Shown here: piece after piece, positions 50,489-60,011 of the stretch | Layout of the letters: each line of letters starts with the position of its first letter | Position numbering within the stretch: the first letter of the stretch is position 1 | Source of the DNA: an uncultured delta proteobacterium | GTDB lineage: Bacteria; Desulfobacterota; RBG-13-43-22 | Length of the DNA stretch: 64,000 nucleotides | Direction of reading: 5' to 3' | Assembly (NCBI GenBank): GCA_963790475.1 | Contig: CAWBOS010000010.1 | Coordinates: forward strand, 32,001-96,000 | Notes under the pieces: generated by a model | Database searches by the model: none | Seen by the model: only the letters and a program-made list of their open reading frames with translations | What the model was told of the DNA's origin: nothing | Program-made: the position numbers and the translations under genes

Positions 50489-51196
50489 ATGGAATCATAC
50501 GCTATTACCCATCAAGGGTTAAAAAGAAAAGAAAACCAGGACCGATATTTTATGGGGGAATTGAATAACCATACGTTCCTCATGGCCGTGGCCGATGGGA
50601 TGGGGGGTGAAGCCGGAGGAGGATTGGCGGCTCAAATAGCCATAGAGGCTTTCGAAGATTTTAATCCCGGCCCGAGAAGCATTAAGACTCAACTCCTCAA
50701 AGTATTCCAGGCGGCTTCCCAAAGGATTGGCGAGGAAGTCCAAAAGGATCTTAAGTTAGAAGGAATGGGGACCACCCTGACTGCGGCCTATATAAAAAAC
50801 AGGACAACATACTGGTCCCATGTCGGCGACAGCCGGCTTTATCTCTGGCGGGCGGGACACCTGACTCAAGTGACCGAAGATCACACTTTCGTAAATAGCC
50901 TCGTAAAAGATGGGGTGATAACCCAAGGAGAGGCCGACGTCCATTCCATGCAAAATATTTTGCTTCACTGCATCGGCTGTGACCCACTGGAGATCAGTTC
51001 GGGCGGATTCAAGGTTTTCAAAGAAGATATAATTTTTCTTTCCACGGATGGACTTCATCACATGGTCCCCGGGGGGAAAATAGTTTCCATCCTAAGGAAG
51101 GACATCGGTATCAGGAAAAAGTTTGAGAAACTTATCCGGGTTGCTTTAAAGGCCGGTGGTCAGGATAATATTACTATAGCGGGCCTGACGATTTAA
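50489..51196 (+). CDS. PP2C-family Ser/Thr phosphatase
   Basis: RKENQD, AVADGMGG, MGTTLT, HVGDSRLY, STDGL, GGQDNIT. Confidence 0.93.
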   Translation: MESYAITHQGLKRKENQDRYFMGELNNHTFLMAVADGMGGEAGGGLAAQIAIEAFEDFNPGPRSIKTQLLKVFQAASQRIGEEVQKDLKLEGMGTTLTAAYIKNRTTYWSHVGDSRLYLWRAGHLTQVTEDHTFVNSLVKDGVITQGEADVHSMQNILLHCIGCDPLEISSGGFKVFKEDIIFLSTDGLHHMVPGGKIVSILRKDIGIRKKFEKLIRVALKAGGQDNITIAGLTI

Positions 51197-51318
51197 TTCC
51201 AAATCCTGTTGTTTCTAAATGCATTTCCCGTAGGAACCTCTTCCAAGAATAATGCAAATAGCCTCTGGTAGCTCTTTCTCTCTGATATGACGCAGTCTAA
51301 CTCCAGAATAACAAACAT

Positions 51319-51795
51319 TTATTGCCCACTGTATATTTTTTTCATCTCTTTTTTTATCCGGTCAATCGGAACACCCAGTTCATTCAATAAAAAAGCATGT
51401 ATCGCTTGCGCATCGCAGACGTTACAGTTGGATGCGTGGTCATCAAATTTACCAAATTTGCCCTGTTTGAGAAAGCAATAAGAAAGGTTCTTATGCCCCA
51501 TTTCTTCACAAAAGCAGTAACAGGTAAAATGAGCCAGAAGTTGTGGTTCTTTAACCGCGATCTTGTAAGCCACCTGAACAGAATCATTGATGTAGACGAA
51601 CTTCGGAAATTTATATTTCTCCCAATTCTCTCCCGCATATTTTTTGGCTACCAGGGCCTGAGATCTGGCGGTGAGTTCCTTGAGATTCATCTTGGCCAGG
51701 TTTTGAATTTCTTTTTCCTGATCCGATGCTAAAACGATAGGAACCGTAATAAGGAGCAACAAGGAAAGTAAGATGGTTTTTTTGATGGTTTTCAT
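51319..51795 (-). CDS. PCYCGC-motif-like secreted Cys/His protein
   Basis: Signal peptide; TCYCFC..MGH.NL..CF...DDHA..C.VC. Confidence 0.75.
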   Translation of the reverse strand: MKTIKKTILLSLLLLITVPIVLASDQEKEIQNLAKMNLKELTARSQALVAKKYAGENWEKYKFPKFVYINDSVQVAYKIAVKEPQLLAHFTCYCFCEEMGHKNLSYCFLKQGKFGKFDDHASNCNVCDAQAIHAFLLNELGVPIDRIKKEMKKIYSGQ

Positions 51796-51815
51796 TTTCG
51801 AGTTCCCTCCTATTT

Positions 51816-52868
51816 TCACCAAGGAAATTTAAAAAGCCAGTTTTCGCCACGGAACCAATGACCGACAACGATGGCCAGTAATTGGCTCAAAATAATAAAC
51901 GCGAAAGCCAGGTTAAGGATCAGCCTTTCCCTTACAAACCATTTGCCGCCCGGTAGCTTTGAGCGATCGAGCGCAGGGACGAGGACTAAGAAAAGTCCGA
52001 TAAATAAGGGCACAACTATGCCGCCGACCAAGGCCGAATGACTTACCATTTCCTGGATACCGACAAAATACCAGGGTGCTTTAGCCGGATTGGGTGGACG
52101 CAGAGGATCAGCCCTGCCCGACAGTGGGGCTTCAAGGAAAAACGCAAGAACGAGCAGAAAGGAAAGGGTCAGGAGGCCGACGGCCAGTTCCGCTTTAAAG
52201 AGTATCGGCGAAGAAGCTATTCTCTCAGGATCCGGTTCCTGGGAGGATGCCAAGCCCCCGGCTTTTCTGATACGCCAGAGATGCAGGGCAATCAGGAGTA
52301 CCCACAGCGCGGGGAGGAAGGCGACGTGCAGAGCAAAGGACCGGATAAGGGTATCGGTGCCGATTTCCTGGCCACCCAGGAGAAACCGTCGAAAAGAGGG
52401 ACCGATGATAGGGAAGTAGGAGGCAAGATTTGAACCCACTTTGATTGCCCAATAGGAAGTCTGGTCCCAGGGCAAGAGGTAGCCGGTATAATTGCTGGCC
52501 AGGATTAGAGTCAACAAGCCCAGCCCATAGACCCAATTCAGATAGCGCCCCTGATAGCTTCCGGTGAAAAAAACCCTGGTAAGGTGCAGGAAGCTAGCGA
52601 TCAGGAGGACATTGGCCGCCAGATAATGGAGGTTTCTCACCAGCCCGCCATAACGCAGAGTAGTCATGATGTGAATGGTCCGGTCATAGGCCACACTTTC
52701 AGAAGGAATGTAATAGAGCAGGAGTGTAACTCCGGATAAGAAAAGTAAAACAAGACAGGATAGGCAGATGATACCCAGACCGAGAGTCGTGATGGGTTGC
52801 AGGGTACGCACCCGAATCATCGGGGAATGGAGGTGTTTCAGAAAATTCATTCTCAACCTTTCCTTCAC
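51816..52868 (-). CDS. Cytochrome b of a Rieske/cytb complex (b6-like N-terminus fused to subunit IV-like part)
   Basis: RNLHYLAAN...HLTRVF.TGSY, TGYLLPWDQ.SYWA, ALHV...LHLWRIRK.GG, PNPAKAPWYF. Confidence 0.9.
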   Translation of the reverse strand: MKERLRMNFLKHLHSPMIRVRTLQPITTLGLGIICLSCLVLLFLSGVTLLLYYIPSESVAYDRTIHIMTTLRYGGLVRNLHYLAANVLLIASFLHLTRVFFTGSYQGRYLNWVYGLGLLTLILASNYTGYLLPWDQTSYWAIKVGSNLASYFPIIGPSFRRFLLGGQEIGTDTLIRSFALHVAFLPALWVLLIALHLWRIRKAGGLASSQEPDPERIASSPILFKAELAVGLLTLSFLLVLAFFLEAPLSGRADPLRPPNPAKAPWYFVGIQEMVSHSALVGGIVVPLFIGLFLVLVPALDRSKLPGGKWFVRERLILNLAFAFIILSQLLAIVVGHWFRGENWLFKFPW

Positions 52869-53371
52869 GCCTCACCCCTTTTTGATCTAATAGGGACGGG
52901 TTCTTTTATCTCAAGCCAACTCGACCTCGTCAATTTTTCTCCTATATGCACCCATAGCCTGCCGTCGCGTTCAGTTACTTCGTGCCAGGGAAGCGGGTCT
53001 GTAGCCGGGCCTGAATAGACCTGGCCCAGCGGACCGAATTCGCTGCCGTGGCAGGGACAAAAGAACCCCTGGTCGACCACATTGAGAAGACAGCCCAAAT
53101 GGGTGCATTCCAGGCTGATGGCCCCGATCTTCCGGGAAGATCTGATGACGGCGATCTTGTGCTCCGGGAAAGGGGTCAGTGTCCCGGGCGCAAACCGGTC
53201 CAGCGAGGAGATCTGAACCCAACTGCCTGAAGAGAATTGGGAGGCTGCCGTCCAGACATTGCCGAAAATCCAAGTGAAGGCCGTCCCCACCGCCCCCAGG
53301 CCGGCGATGATCAGCCAGTTGAATAGAAATTTCCGCCGGCTAACGGGGCTCATAATCGGCACCTCGCTCAC
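52865..53371 (-). CDS. Tat-exported Rieske 2Fe-2S protein
   Basis: SRRKFL, CTHLGC, CPCHGSEF, GPA..PL. Confidence 0.92.
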   Translation of the reverse strand: MSEVPIMSPVSRRKFLFNWLIIAGLGAVGTAFTWIFGNVWTAASQFSSGSWVQISSLDRFAPGTLTPFPEHKIAVIRSSRKIGAISLECTHLGCLLNVVDQGFFCPCHGSEFGPLGQVYSGPATDPLPWHEVTERDGRLWVHIGEKLTRSSWLEIKEPVPIRSKRGEA

Positions 53372-55001
53372 TGGAAAGATTTCGGACCAGGCTAACCAGG
53401 CCCCAGATCGACTCCGGGCGGAGATTGTTAAGAAAGGGCCGCATCTCGGTTCCGGGAATCCCGTAAGTTATAGCGATGGCAATCCTCTCATCGCTGAGTG
53501 ATCTGAAGTAGGGATAATTGGTGAGGTCTCTTGGCCTGGGCAGATATTTCAGGTAGGCCGGTCCTTTTCCCTTGCCTTGAACACCGTGGCAGAGCGAACA
53601 TTTTTTCCTGAATGTAGAGAGGTTCTCTTCAGATGAAGGCAAAGTTTTTGGTCTGGGCGGAGGTGCAGTCATTACCTTAACCCTCCTTTCCGTTCTAATG
53701 AATACCTGGAAAAGAAGGTCAACCAAAGAATTGATGGACTCTTTTCCCAATAACTCCCCATAGGGCGGCATCGAGGTACCCGGAATGCCCTTGGTGATGC
53801 TTCCTATGATTCGCGTGTCCGGGACTGACTTGAAAAACAGGACGTTGTTGCGGAATGCTCGGGGAAAGTTGGCCAGGTTCGGCTCAATGATACCAAAGCC
53901 ATCACCCAGGGCGGCATGACAACGTTGGCAAAGCATCATGTAAGCATTTTTGGGGGTCCCTCTGTGAAAGTGGCTTTTTTCTTTCTGTTGAAGGACAAAG
54001 AGGAGCCCTTCCTCCTCTCTTTGGCTCATCGGGATTATCGGCATGATGGCCCCGGGGATTTCGATTCCTGGACTATGCAGGAAATTCCGGATATAACCCT
54101 TGGGCCGCATAAAGGCCATATAGGAAAGGTCCGGTCCGATCTGGCCATCGAACTCGCTGAACTTGTGGCAGGCCAGGCATTTCTTTTCCTTTAGCAACGC
54201 CTTTCCCTTTGGAACGGGTTTGGGCATACCTTCTTTCTCCAGCCGTTCCTGCTCTCTTTCCTTTAAAAGGCGCATCATCGGGGTTTCATAGTATGGTGCT
54301 TTCACTCGACTCTTTAAGAAATAGGAGAGGGATTTCACTTCTTCAGGAGAAAGAGCGAATTTCGGCATGATTGAGTTCTCAAGGATTGCTTTGGGATTTT
54401 CGATGGCTTTTCTGATCTGCACCAAACCCAGGAAGGATCCGGCATCACTAAGATCAGGGCCGTAGCGGCCACCCCTACCCCCGCCGCCGCTTGTGTGACA
54501 GGTATCACAGGCGGTTTTTGAGAACAGTTGGACCCCCTGCCAGGCTTTATCAGCTCCCCGTAGTGGTTTCAATTCATGGCATTGGTAACAACTGGCCTGG
54601 AGGTCTTCCCCGGCCAAGACTTTTCGGGCTTCATTACCCGTTCGGCCATGGGATATCTTGAGATCGGCAGCCATTCCTTCGCCCAAATGACAGGCCGTGC
54701 ATCCCAGGTCAACCATTGAATGGGGAGCGATATTCGGGTGGCTGCGCCCTGGTATAGGGGAATCCATTCGGACCGCGGCTCTACCCTCCGGGTGACACGT
54801 CCGGCAATGCTCTTGTTTCGGTGCTCCGCCGAGGTTGACGGTTATGTTGGCAATGTGGTGTGAACCAATCTTTTCATAGCGATAATAACGGCCCGACTGC
54901 TCCTCCCATCCCTTGTAGCTCCAAAGGATAAGAAGCCCCAGGGTCAAAGCTATTGCGATCATTAGGATAACGTTTATCAAAGATTCTAAACGTCTTATCA
55001 A
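53340..55001 (-). CDS. Membrane-anchored multiheme cytochrome c (7 CxxCH)
   Basis: CRTCH, CTACH, CYQCH, CDTCH, CLACH, CQRCH, CSLCH; GPDLS...MP class I-like repeats; N-terminal TM helix. Confidence 0.9.
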   Translation of the reverse strand: MIRRLESLINVILMIAIALTLGLLILWSYKGWEEQSGRYYRYEKIGSHHIANITVNLGGAPKQEHCRTCHPEGRAAVRMDSPIPGRSHPNIAPHSMVDLGCTACHLGEGMAADLKISHGRTGNEARKVLAGEDLQASCYQCHELKPLRGADKAWQGVQLFSKTACDTCHTSGGGGRGGRYGPDLSDAGSFLGLVQIRKAIENPKAILENSIMPKFALSPEEVKSLSYFLKSRVKAPYYETPMMRLLKEREQERLEKEGMPKPVPKGKALLKEKKCLACHKFSEFDGQIGPDLSYMAFMRPKGYIRNFLHSPGIEIPGAIMPIIPMSQREEEGLLFVLQQKEKSHFHRGTPKNAYMMLCQRCHAALGDGFGIIEPNLANFPRAFRNNVLFFKSVPDTRIIGSITKGIPGTSMPPYGELLGKESINSLVDLLFQVFIRTERRVKVMTAPPPRPKTLPSSEENLSTFRKKCSLCHGVQGKGKGPAYLKYLPRPRDLTNYPYFRSLSDERIAIAITYGIPGTEMRPFLNNLRPESIWGLVSLVRNLSSERGADYEPR

Positions 55002-55068
55002 GATCTTCCTCTGCGGTACCCTTGAAGAAACCTCGGTTATTGATCAAGAACACGACCCGTGACTCATT

Positions 55069-55479
55069 CTATTTCCGCTCAGTCGGATAATTCGCCCCTT
55101 CCCATTCACGCCAGCCCCCTTTGAGGGCATAAACTTTTTTAAATCCCAGACTGATAAGCTTCTGTGCCACACTGGCACTGGTCGCCTCATCCAGTCAGGC
55201 ACAATAAAGGACAATGGTCTTTCCCTTGGAATACTTCTTCGCCCAGGATTTCACCTTAGTTGGATCAGGATCTTCCCGAACCGCCCCCTTGATTTGCTTC
55301 GTACTCATTTTCCGGTCAAAGAAGGTCCGGACATCAATAACCACCACATCCGGATTCCCAAGCATCGATTTGAGTTCTTCTTTGCTGATGCGGGGAACAT
55401 CCAGGGAGACAGCCGTAACCACCCAGATCCCCAACATCATAACGACCATTCCTATACTAACTATCACCTTTTTTGCCAA
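55069..55479 (-). CDS. Secreted rhodanese-like selenoprotein, copy 2 (TGA 55195-55197 = Sec)
   Basis: IVLYCA-U-LDEATSASVAQKL...GFKKVYALKGGWREWEGANYPTERK to TAG 55069; TGA conserved in both paralogues. Confidence 0.9.
55164..55178 (-). promoter_or_regulatory. Putative SECIS apical hairpin
   Basis: GTGCCA-GTG-TGGCAC starting 16 nt after the UGA, identical to copy 1. Confidence 0.7.
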
Positions 55480-55631
55480 CTCTTCACCTGCCTTTCTTGA
55501 TCGCCTGGAGGGCAACCTAAAATATGAGAAATAAGAACATGGGCTCTCTTTAAATGAATACCAACCCTTCAAATCTGCTTCCTATGAACGCTTTCTTACA
55601 TTTTAAGATCATTTTTAATAAAAACAACTTT

Positions 55632-56150
55632 TTAAATATCCGGAATCCTTCTCCCCCTTTTTTTTCGATCGAGAGGGAGGCTAACTTCCTGAGATAAGAT
55701 AAGATGCGGAAGAGTACCCTCGGCGCCCAGAATGGAAACCAACCTTCTCAGACCTTTATTAACTTCCTTTAGTTCGCTTAACGGTGTCTTTTCCAACCCC
55801 ATGACCAATAAGCCCTGAGCCACTTCCGGGGCGGCGGCCACCAGCTTTTTCCCTTTTGAGGTCAATTGCACCCAGACAACACGCCGATCTTCCTTCGATC
55901 TGGTCCTCTTTATCAGGTCGTGAGACTCAAGCCGGTTGAGGATCCCGACTATGGTTGCCGGGTGAAGATACATACGGCGGGCCAATTCGGAAACTATCAT
56001 CGGAGCGGTTTCGGCCAGGACCTTAATGGTCCAAAGCTGGGGACTAGTCAAACCGGTGGCATGCTCCACCTTTTTGGAATATTCTTGAATAACCTGAAAG
56101 ACCCTTCTTAAATTATCAATGGCATCAGCTATTAATTCTGATTGGTTCAT
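55632..56150 (-). CDS. MarR family transcriptional regulator, copy 2
   Basis: Close paralogue of 41345-41866. Confidence 0.92.
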   Translation of the reverse strand: MNQSELIADAIDNLRRVFQVIQEYSKKVEHATGLTSPQLWTIKVLAETAPMIVSELARRMYLHPATIVGILNRLESHDLIKRTRSKEDRRVVWVQLTSKGKKLVAAAPEVAQGLLVMGLEKTPLSELKEVNKGLRRLVSILGAEGTLPHLILSQEVSLPLDRKKRGRRIPDI

Positions 56151-56201
56151 TGTTCACCCAAGAAATGAAAAAATTCTTGACATCACTTTTTGAATATATT
56201 A

Positions 56202-56230
56202 ATTTGTATACCAATCATTTGTATATAAAT
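56202..56230. promoter_or_regulatory. Putative tandem MarR operators
   Basis: ATTTGTATACCAAT and ATTTGTATATAAAT, near-palindromic, after TTGACA (56177). Confidence 0.55.
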
Positions 56231-56282
56231 CAATATTTTTTTAAAGTTATCTTTTCCCAACTGGGAAAGGAGGTGAACGAAA

Positions 56283-56879
56283 ATGATCTCCTTCAAGCAT
56301 TGGATGAAATTGATGGTAGTCCTTTTTATTCTGTCTTTTTTCTTATTTGTTTTCGGGTGGGGCTGCACAACTTATAAAGAAGCAGTGGCAAACCCTGTAA
56401 AAGTTACACCTGGTCCTATGGTTGTGTCTAACCCTCCGAAAGCCTTGGAAGATGAGATAGAAAAGGCCCTGAGAGAGGAAGAGGCCAAACGATTGAAAGA
56501 GGCAGCTGAAAATGCTCTTTTTGAATCCGAGGATGTCCATTTTGAATTTGATCAGGCAATCTTGTCAGAAACCGACAAGCGAATTTTAAATAAAAAAGCG
56601 AAATGGTTAAAAGATCATCGGGCGGCCAAAGCCATAATCGAAGGTCACTGCGATGAAAGAGGAAGTGCAGAATATAACCTCGCTCTGGGTCAGAGAAGGG
56701 CCGATGCGGCCATGAATTACCTAACTTCTCTGGGCATCAATGCCAACCGGATTTCAACGATCAGTTACGGCAAGGAAAAACCCTTAGACCCAAGATCCAC
56801 AGAGGAGGCTTGGGCCAAGAATCGTCGGGCCCATTTTGAATTGAAAATAGAGATAAACGAACTTCCACCCAAGGCTTAA
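56283..56879 (+). CDS. pal: Peptidoglycan-associated lipoprotein (OmpA-C domain), copy 2
   Basis: Lipobox-like GWGC, IEGHCDERGSAEYNLALGQRRA, ISYGKEKP, KNRRA. Confidence 0.88.
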   Translation: MISFKHWMKLMVVLFILSFFLFVFGWGCTTYKEAVANPVKVTPGPMVVSNPPKALEDEIEKALREEEAKRLKEAAENALFESEDVHFEFDQAILSETDKRILNKKAKWLKDHRAAKAIIEGHCDERGSAEYNLALGQRRADAAMNYLTSLGINANRISTISYGKEKPLDPRSTEEAWAKNRRAHFELKIEINELPPKA

Positions 56880-57280
56880 AGAGGAAACATAGTATGTTGA
56901 TTTTGCCTGAAGGGTCCAGGCCTTCAAATTCCCGGTAAGAAAGCCATTAAACCACGGTTTCACAGATGTGGTCGAATGCCAACCGTTATGATAAATTGCA
57001 TTTTTTTATAAAAAAAATGAAAAAGTAATAAACTTTTTTTATCGCTCACTCGGGTTGGCCGAGAGACCACTGAATTCTCCCGGCCATTTTATTATAGAGT
57101 TGAGCACAATGCGATCAATTGTCAGTTTCAAATATCCATGGAGGAATTTCTGAAGGATGTCGTTTTGTTGTTCCTACTTGATATTTTGGATAATAGGCCT
57201 GATATTATTGAAAGTCCCAGTTTTTGTTATTGAGAATATATCCGGAACATCTGATCTTTAAAGGAAATGCCTTTCCTGAG

Positions 57281-58672
57281 ATGGCTTTAGACATTAAAAA
57301 AAATCACGACCGGGTTAAGATAAAAATAACCGAGGAATCTGTTATTTTTATCAGTATATTGAAATGGTTTATCCTGTCTACGGCCATTGGGATAATTGTC
57401 GGCGTAGCCACCGCCTTCTTTTTAAAGGTCTTGGAATGGACTACCCTTCGGGCCAATACCATTCCTTACTATTTTCTTTTCCTGCCAATCGTCCTTTTTT
57501 TAAGTGCCTTAATGATTAAATATCTGGCCCCGGGGGCGGAAGGGCATGGGACAGAAAAGGTAATTGAAGCCGTTCACAAACATTCCGGAAGAATCAAACC
57601 CATGGTAGTTCCTATAAAACTGGTGGCCACGATCATCACCTTAGCCTTTGGAGGATCGGCTGGTAAGGAAGGTCCCTGTGCGCAGATAGGGGCTGGCTTG
57701 GCCTCTATTTTTGCCTCCTTGCTTCGTTTTGATGATTTAGACCGGAAAAAACTGGTCATCTGTGGGATCAGCGCCGGCTTCGCCAGCGTCTTCGGGACCC
57801 CTATAGCCGGGGCGATTTTCGGGGTAGAGGTCCTGATGGTAGGTAGCGTTCTTTATGAAGTTCTCTTCCCTTGTTTTATTGCCGGGGTCACTTCCTATCA
57901 GGTTTCATCGGCTATCGGGATCACCTACTATTATCATCCCCTGCATTTTGTTCCGGTTTTCAAGGAATTGTTTTTTATCAAAGTTGCTTTGGCCGGTATT
58001 TTTTTCGGGATCGTTTCCTTCCTGTTGGTTGAATTTTTGAATTTGGGAAAAAAACTGGCCGATCGCCTACCGGTCTGGCCGCCTCTTAAAGGGATATTAG
58101 GAGGTTTTCTTGTGGCCGGTCTGGCCTTGGGATTTTCAAAAGACTATTTAGGGTTGGGATTGCCCACCATCCAGGCCTCCCTTCAAGGCCTGAAGATGGC
58201 TTGGTCGGCCTTTTTTTTGAAGATTATTTTTACCAGTATAACGCTTAATTTTGGAGGCAGCGGAGGAATCGTTACCCCCATCTTTTTCATCGGGGTAACC
58301 TCCGGAAGTCTTTTTGCTCAAATTTTCAGATTGGATATAGCCACCTTTTCAGCCATCGGCATGGTGGCACTGTTGGCCGGGGCGGCCAACACTCCTATTG
58401 CCGCCAGCATTATGGCCGTGGAACTTTTTGGTCCCCAAATCGCCCCCTATGCGGCTGTGGGCTGCGTCATCAGCTTCCTGATGACGGGACACCGCAGCGT
58501 CTATCCCTCCCAGATTTTATCGGTTACCAAATCACCTTCTTTTGAGTTAGAGATCGGCGACGATATCGATAGCACCCATGTCCACTATAAACCAAGAAAG
58601 AAAAGTTTGATAGGGGCTTTCTTGCTGGCCTTCGAATCCCTAAAAAGCAGAAAAAATCGGAAAAAGCGGTAA
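57281..58672 (+). CDS. ClC-family chloride channel/antiporter
   Basis: GGSAGKEGP, SAGFA.VFGTP.AGAIF..E, GGSGGIVTP, AANTPIA. Confidence 0.9.
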   Translation: MALDIKKNHDRVKIKITEESVIFISILKWFILSTAIGIIVGVATAFFLKVLEWTTLRANTIPYYFLFLPIVLFLSALMIKYLAPGAEGHGTEKVIEAVHKHSGRIKPMVVPIKLVATIITLAFGGSAGKEGPCAQIGAGLASIFASLLRFDDLDRKKLVICGISAGFASVFGTPIAGAIFGVEVLMVGSVLYEVLFPCFIAGVTSYQVSSAIGITYYYHPLHFVPVFKELFFIKVALAGIFFGIVSFLLVEFLNLGKKLADRLPVWPPLKGILGGFLVAGLALGFSKDYLGLGLPTIQASLQGLKMAWSAFFLKIIFTSITLNFGGSGGIVTPIFFIGVTSGSLFAQIFRLDIATFSAIGMVALLAGAANTPIAASIMAVELFGPQIAPYAAVGCVISFLMTGHRSVYPSQILSVTKSPSFELEIGDDIDSTHVHYKPRKKSLIGAFLLAFESLKSRKNRKKR

Positions 58673-58707
58673 ACCCAAAACTTTTGATATGAGCATGGAG
58701 GTAGGTT

Positions 58708-59055
58708 ATGAAATCTTTAATATTTGGTTTCAAGATTTTCATTGGTACGGCCGTGCTGTTTATGTTTAAAAAGGAGGCCTTGGCCCAGTATAGAGATTAT
58801 TACGGTTGGGGAATGGGACCGGGAATGATGGGCTGGGGGAACATGGGCTGGTTCGGTCCGATTTTTATGGGGCTATTTTGGGTCCTGTTGGCTATCTTGA
58901 TTATTTTGCTGATACGCCGGCTTTTGTCATCAGGTCATATCGGTAATCAGGACCATGGGCGGGGGGAATCAGCCCTGGAAATCCTCAAGAAAAGGTACGC
59001 GCGGGGAGAGATTGATAAGGAAGAATTTGAAACTAAAAAGAAAGACTTGAGTTGA
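58708..59055 (+). CDS. SHOCT-domain membrane protein with GMGPGMMG motif
   Basis: ALEILKKRYARGEIDKEEF; Gly/Met-rich linker; TM helix. Confidence 0.85.
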   Translation: MKSLIFGFKIFIGTAVLFMFKKEALAQYRDYYGWGMGPGMMGWGNMGWFGPIFMGLFWVLLAILIILLIRRLLSSGHIGNQDHGRGESALEILKKRYARGEIDKEEFETKKKDLS

Positions 59056-59137
59056 GTACACTTTTGATTTCCAAATTTTATAGTAATCTCATTTTCATAG
59101 AGAAAAACCAAAAAACCAAGGAGTTAAATTTGTTCCT

Positions 59138-59800
59138 ATGCTTACCCATGAAGAGGCTAGGATATTTTATGATCGGTTTGGTTCCAAGCAGGACTGGCAA
59201 CGGTTTTACGAATCAAGAGCCGTCGATGATCTGATTGCCCATTTGAAACTTAATCAAGCCCAATCCGTTTTTGAATTTGGATGTGGAACGGGCCGCTTAG
59301 CCGAAATCCTCCTCGATCACTTCCTTCCAGTAAAGGCGGCCTATACCGGTGTGGATATCAGTACGACCATGGTCTCCCTCAGCCGGAATCGCCTGGCCAG
59401 ATTCGGCAAGCGGGTTCAGATTATCCAGACCAATGGCGAATCAAAGCTGCCCTTCGAAACAAAAAGTTATGACCGTTTTGTGTCCACCTATGTTCTTGAT
59501 CTTTTGGAAGATGAAGAGATCGTTGCTTTAATTGCCGAAGCTCATCGTATTCTCAATTCGAAAGGGCTGGCCGGACTGGTTAGCCTGACCCGAGGTTTCA
59601 CCCTTGGCTCATGGTTAATCGGGGGTATCTGGTCTGCGGTTCATTCCCTGGCCCCGTCTGTTGTCGGTGGTTGCCGGCCTATTTCGCTTCTTGAGTTTTT
59701 TAATCCCCCGGACTGGGTGGTAAGGTACCGGACTCGAATTTCGGCTTTTGGTGTTCCATCAGAAATTATTGTGGCTGAGCAGGTTGCGATGGAATCCTGA
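59138..59800 (+). CDS. Class I SAM-dependent methyltransferase
   Basis: VFEFGCGTG, GVDIS..M, YDRFVSTYVLDL. Confidence 0.88.
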   Translation: MLTHEEARIFYDRFGSKQDWQRFYESRAVDDLIAHLKLNQAQSVFEFGCGTGRLAEILLDHFLPVKAAYTGVDISTTMVSLSRNRLARFGKRVQIIQTNGESKLPFETKSYDRFVSTYVLDLLEDEEIVALIAEAHRILNSKGLAGLVSLTRGFTLGSWLIGGIWSAVHSLAPSVVGGCRPISLLEFFNPPDWVVRYRTRISAFGVPSEIIVAEQVAMES

Positions 59801-59865
59801 GGAACAGGTTTAAGTTACCTTTTTTGTTTTCTGAATTCAATATGGCCGGTAAGGCCATGGTCTGC

Positions 59866-59895
59866 AGTGAATGAATATCTAGTGAATGAATATCT
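59866..59895. repeat. 15-bp tandem duplication
   Basis: AGTGAATGAATATCT x2. Confidence 0.8.
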
Positions 59896-60011
59896 TTGGT
59901 TAAATAAAGATTTATCTTTGAAAAGATGTTCAATTCTTCGGACCTATTTTCAAAACCAAGTTATTTTTATTTTAGGCATTATAAAAAACGGACAATTAAG
60001 AGAGTAATAGG

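Noticed and set aside
57281-58672. ClC as fluoride-specific CLC-F with a fluoride riboswitch
   Set aside because: Has GKEGP rather than the GREGT/GNNLI signatures, and no riboswitch consensus was seen upstream
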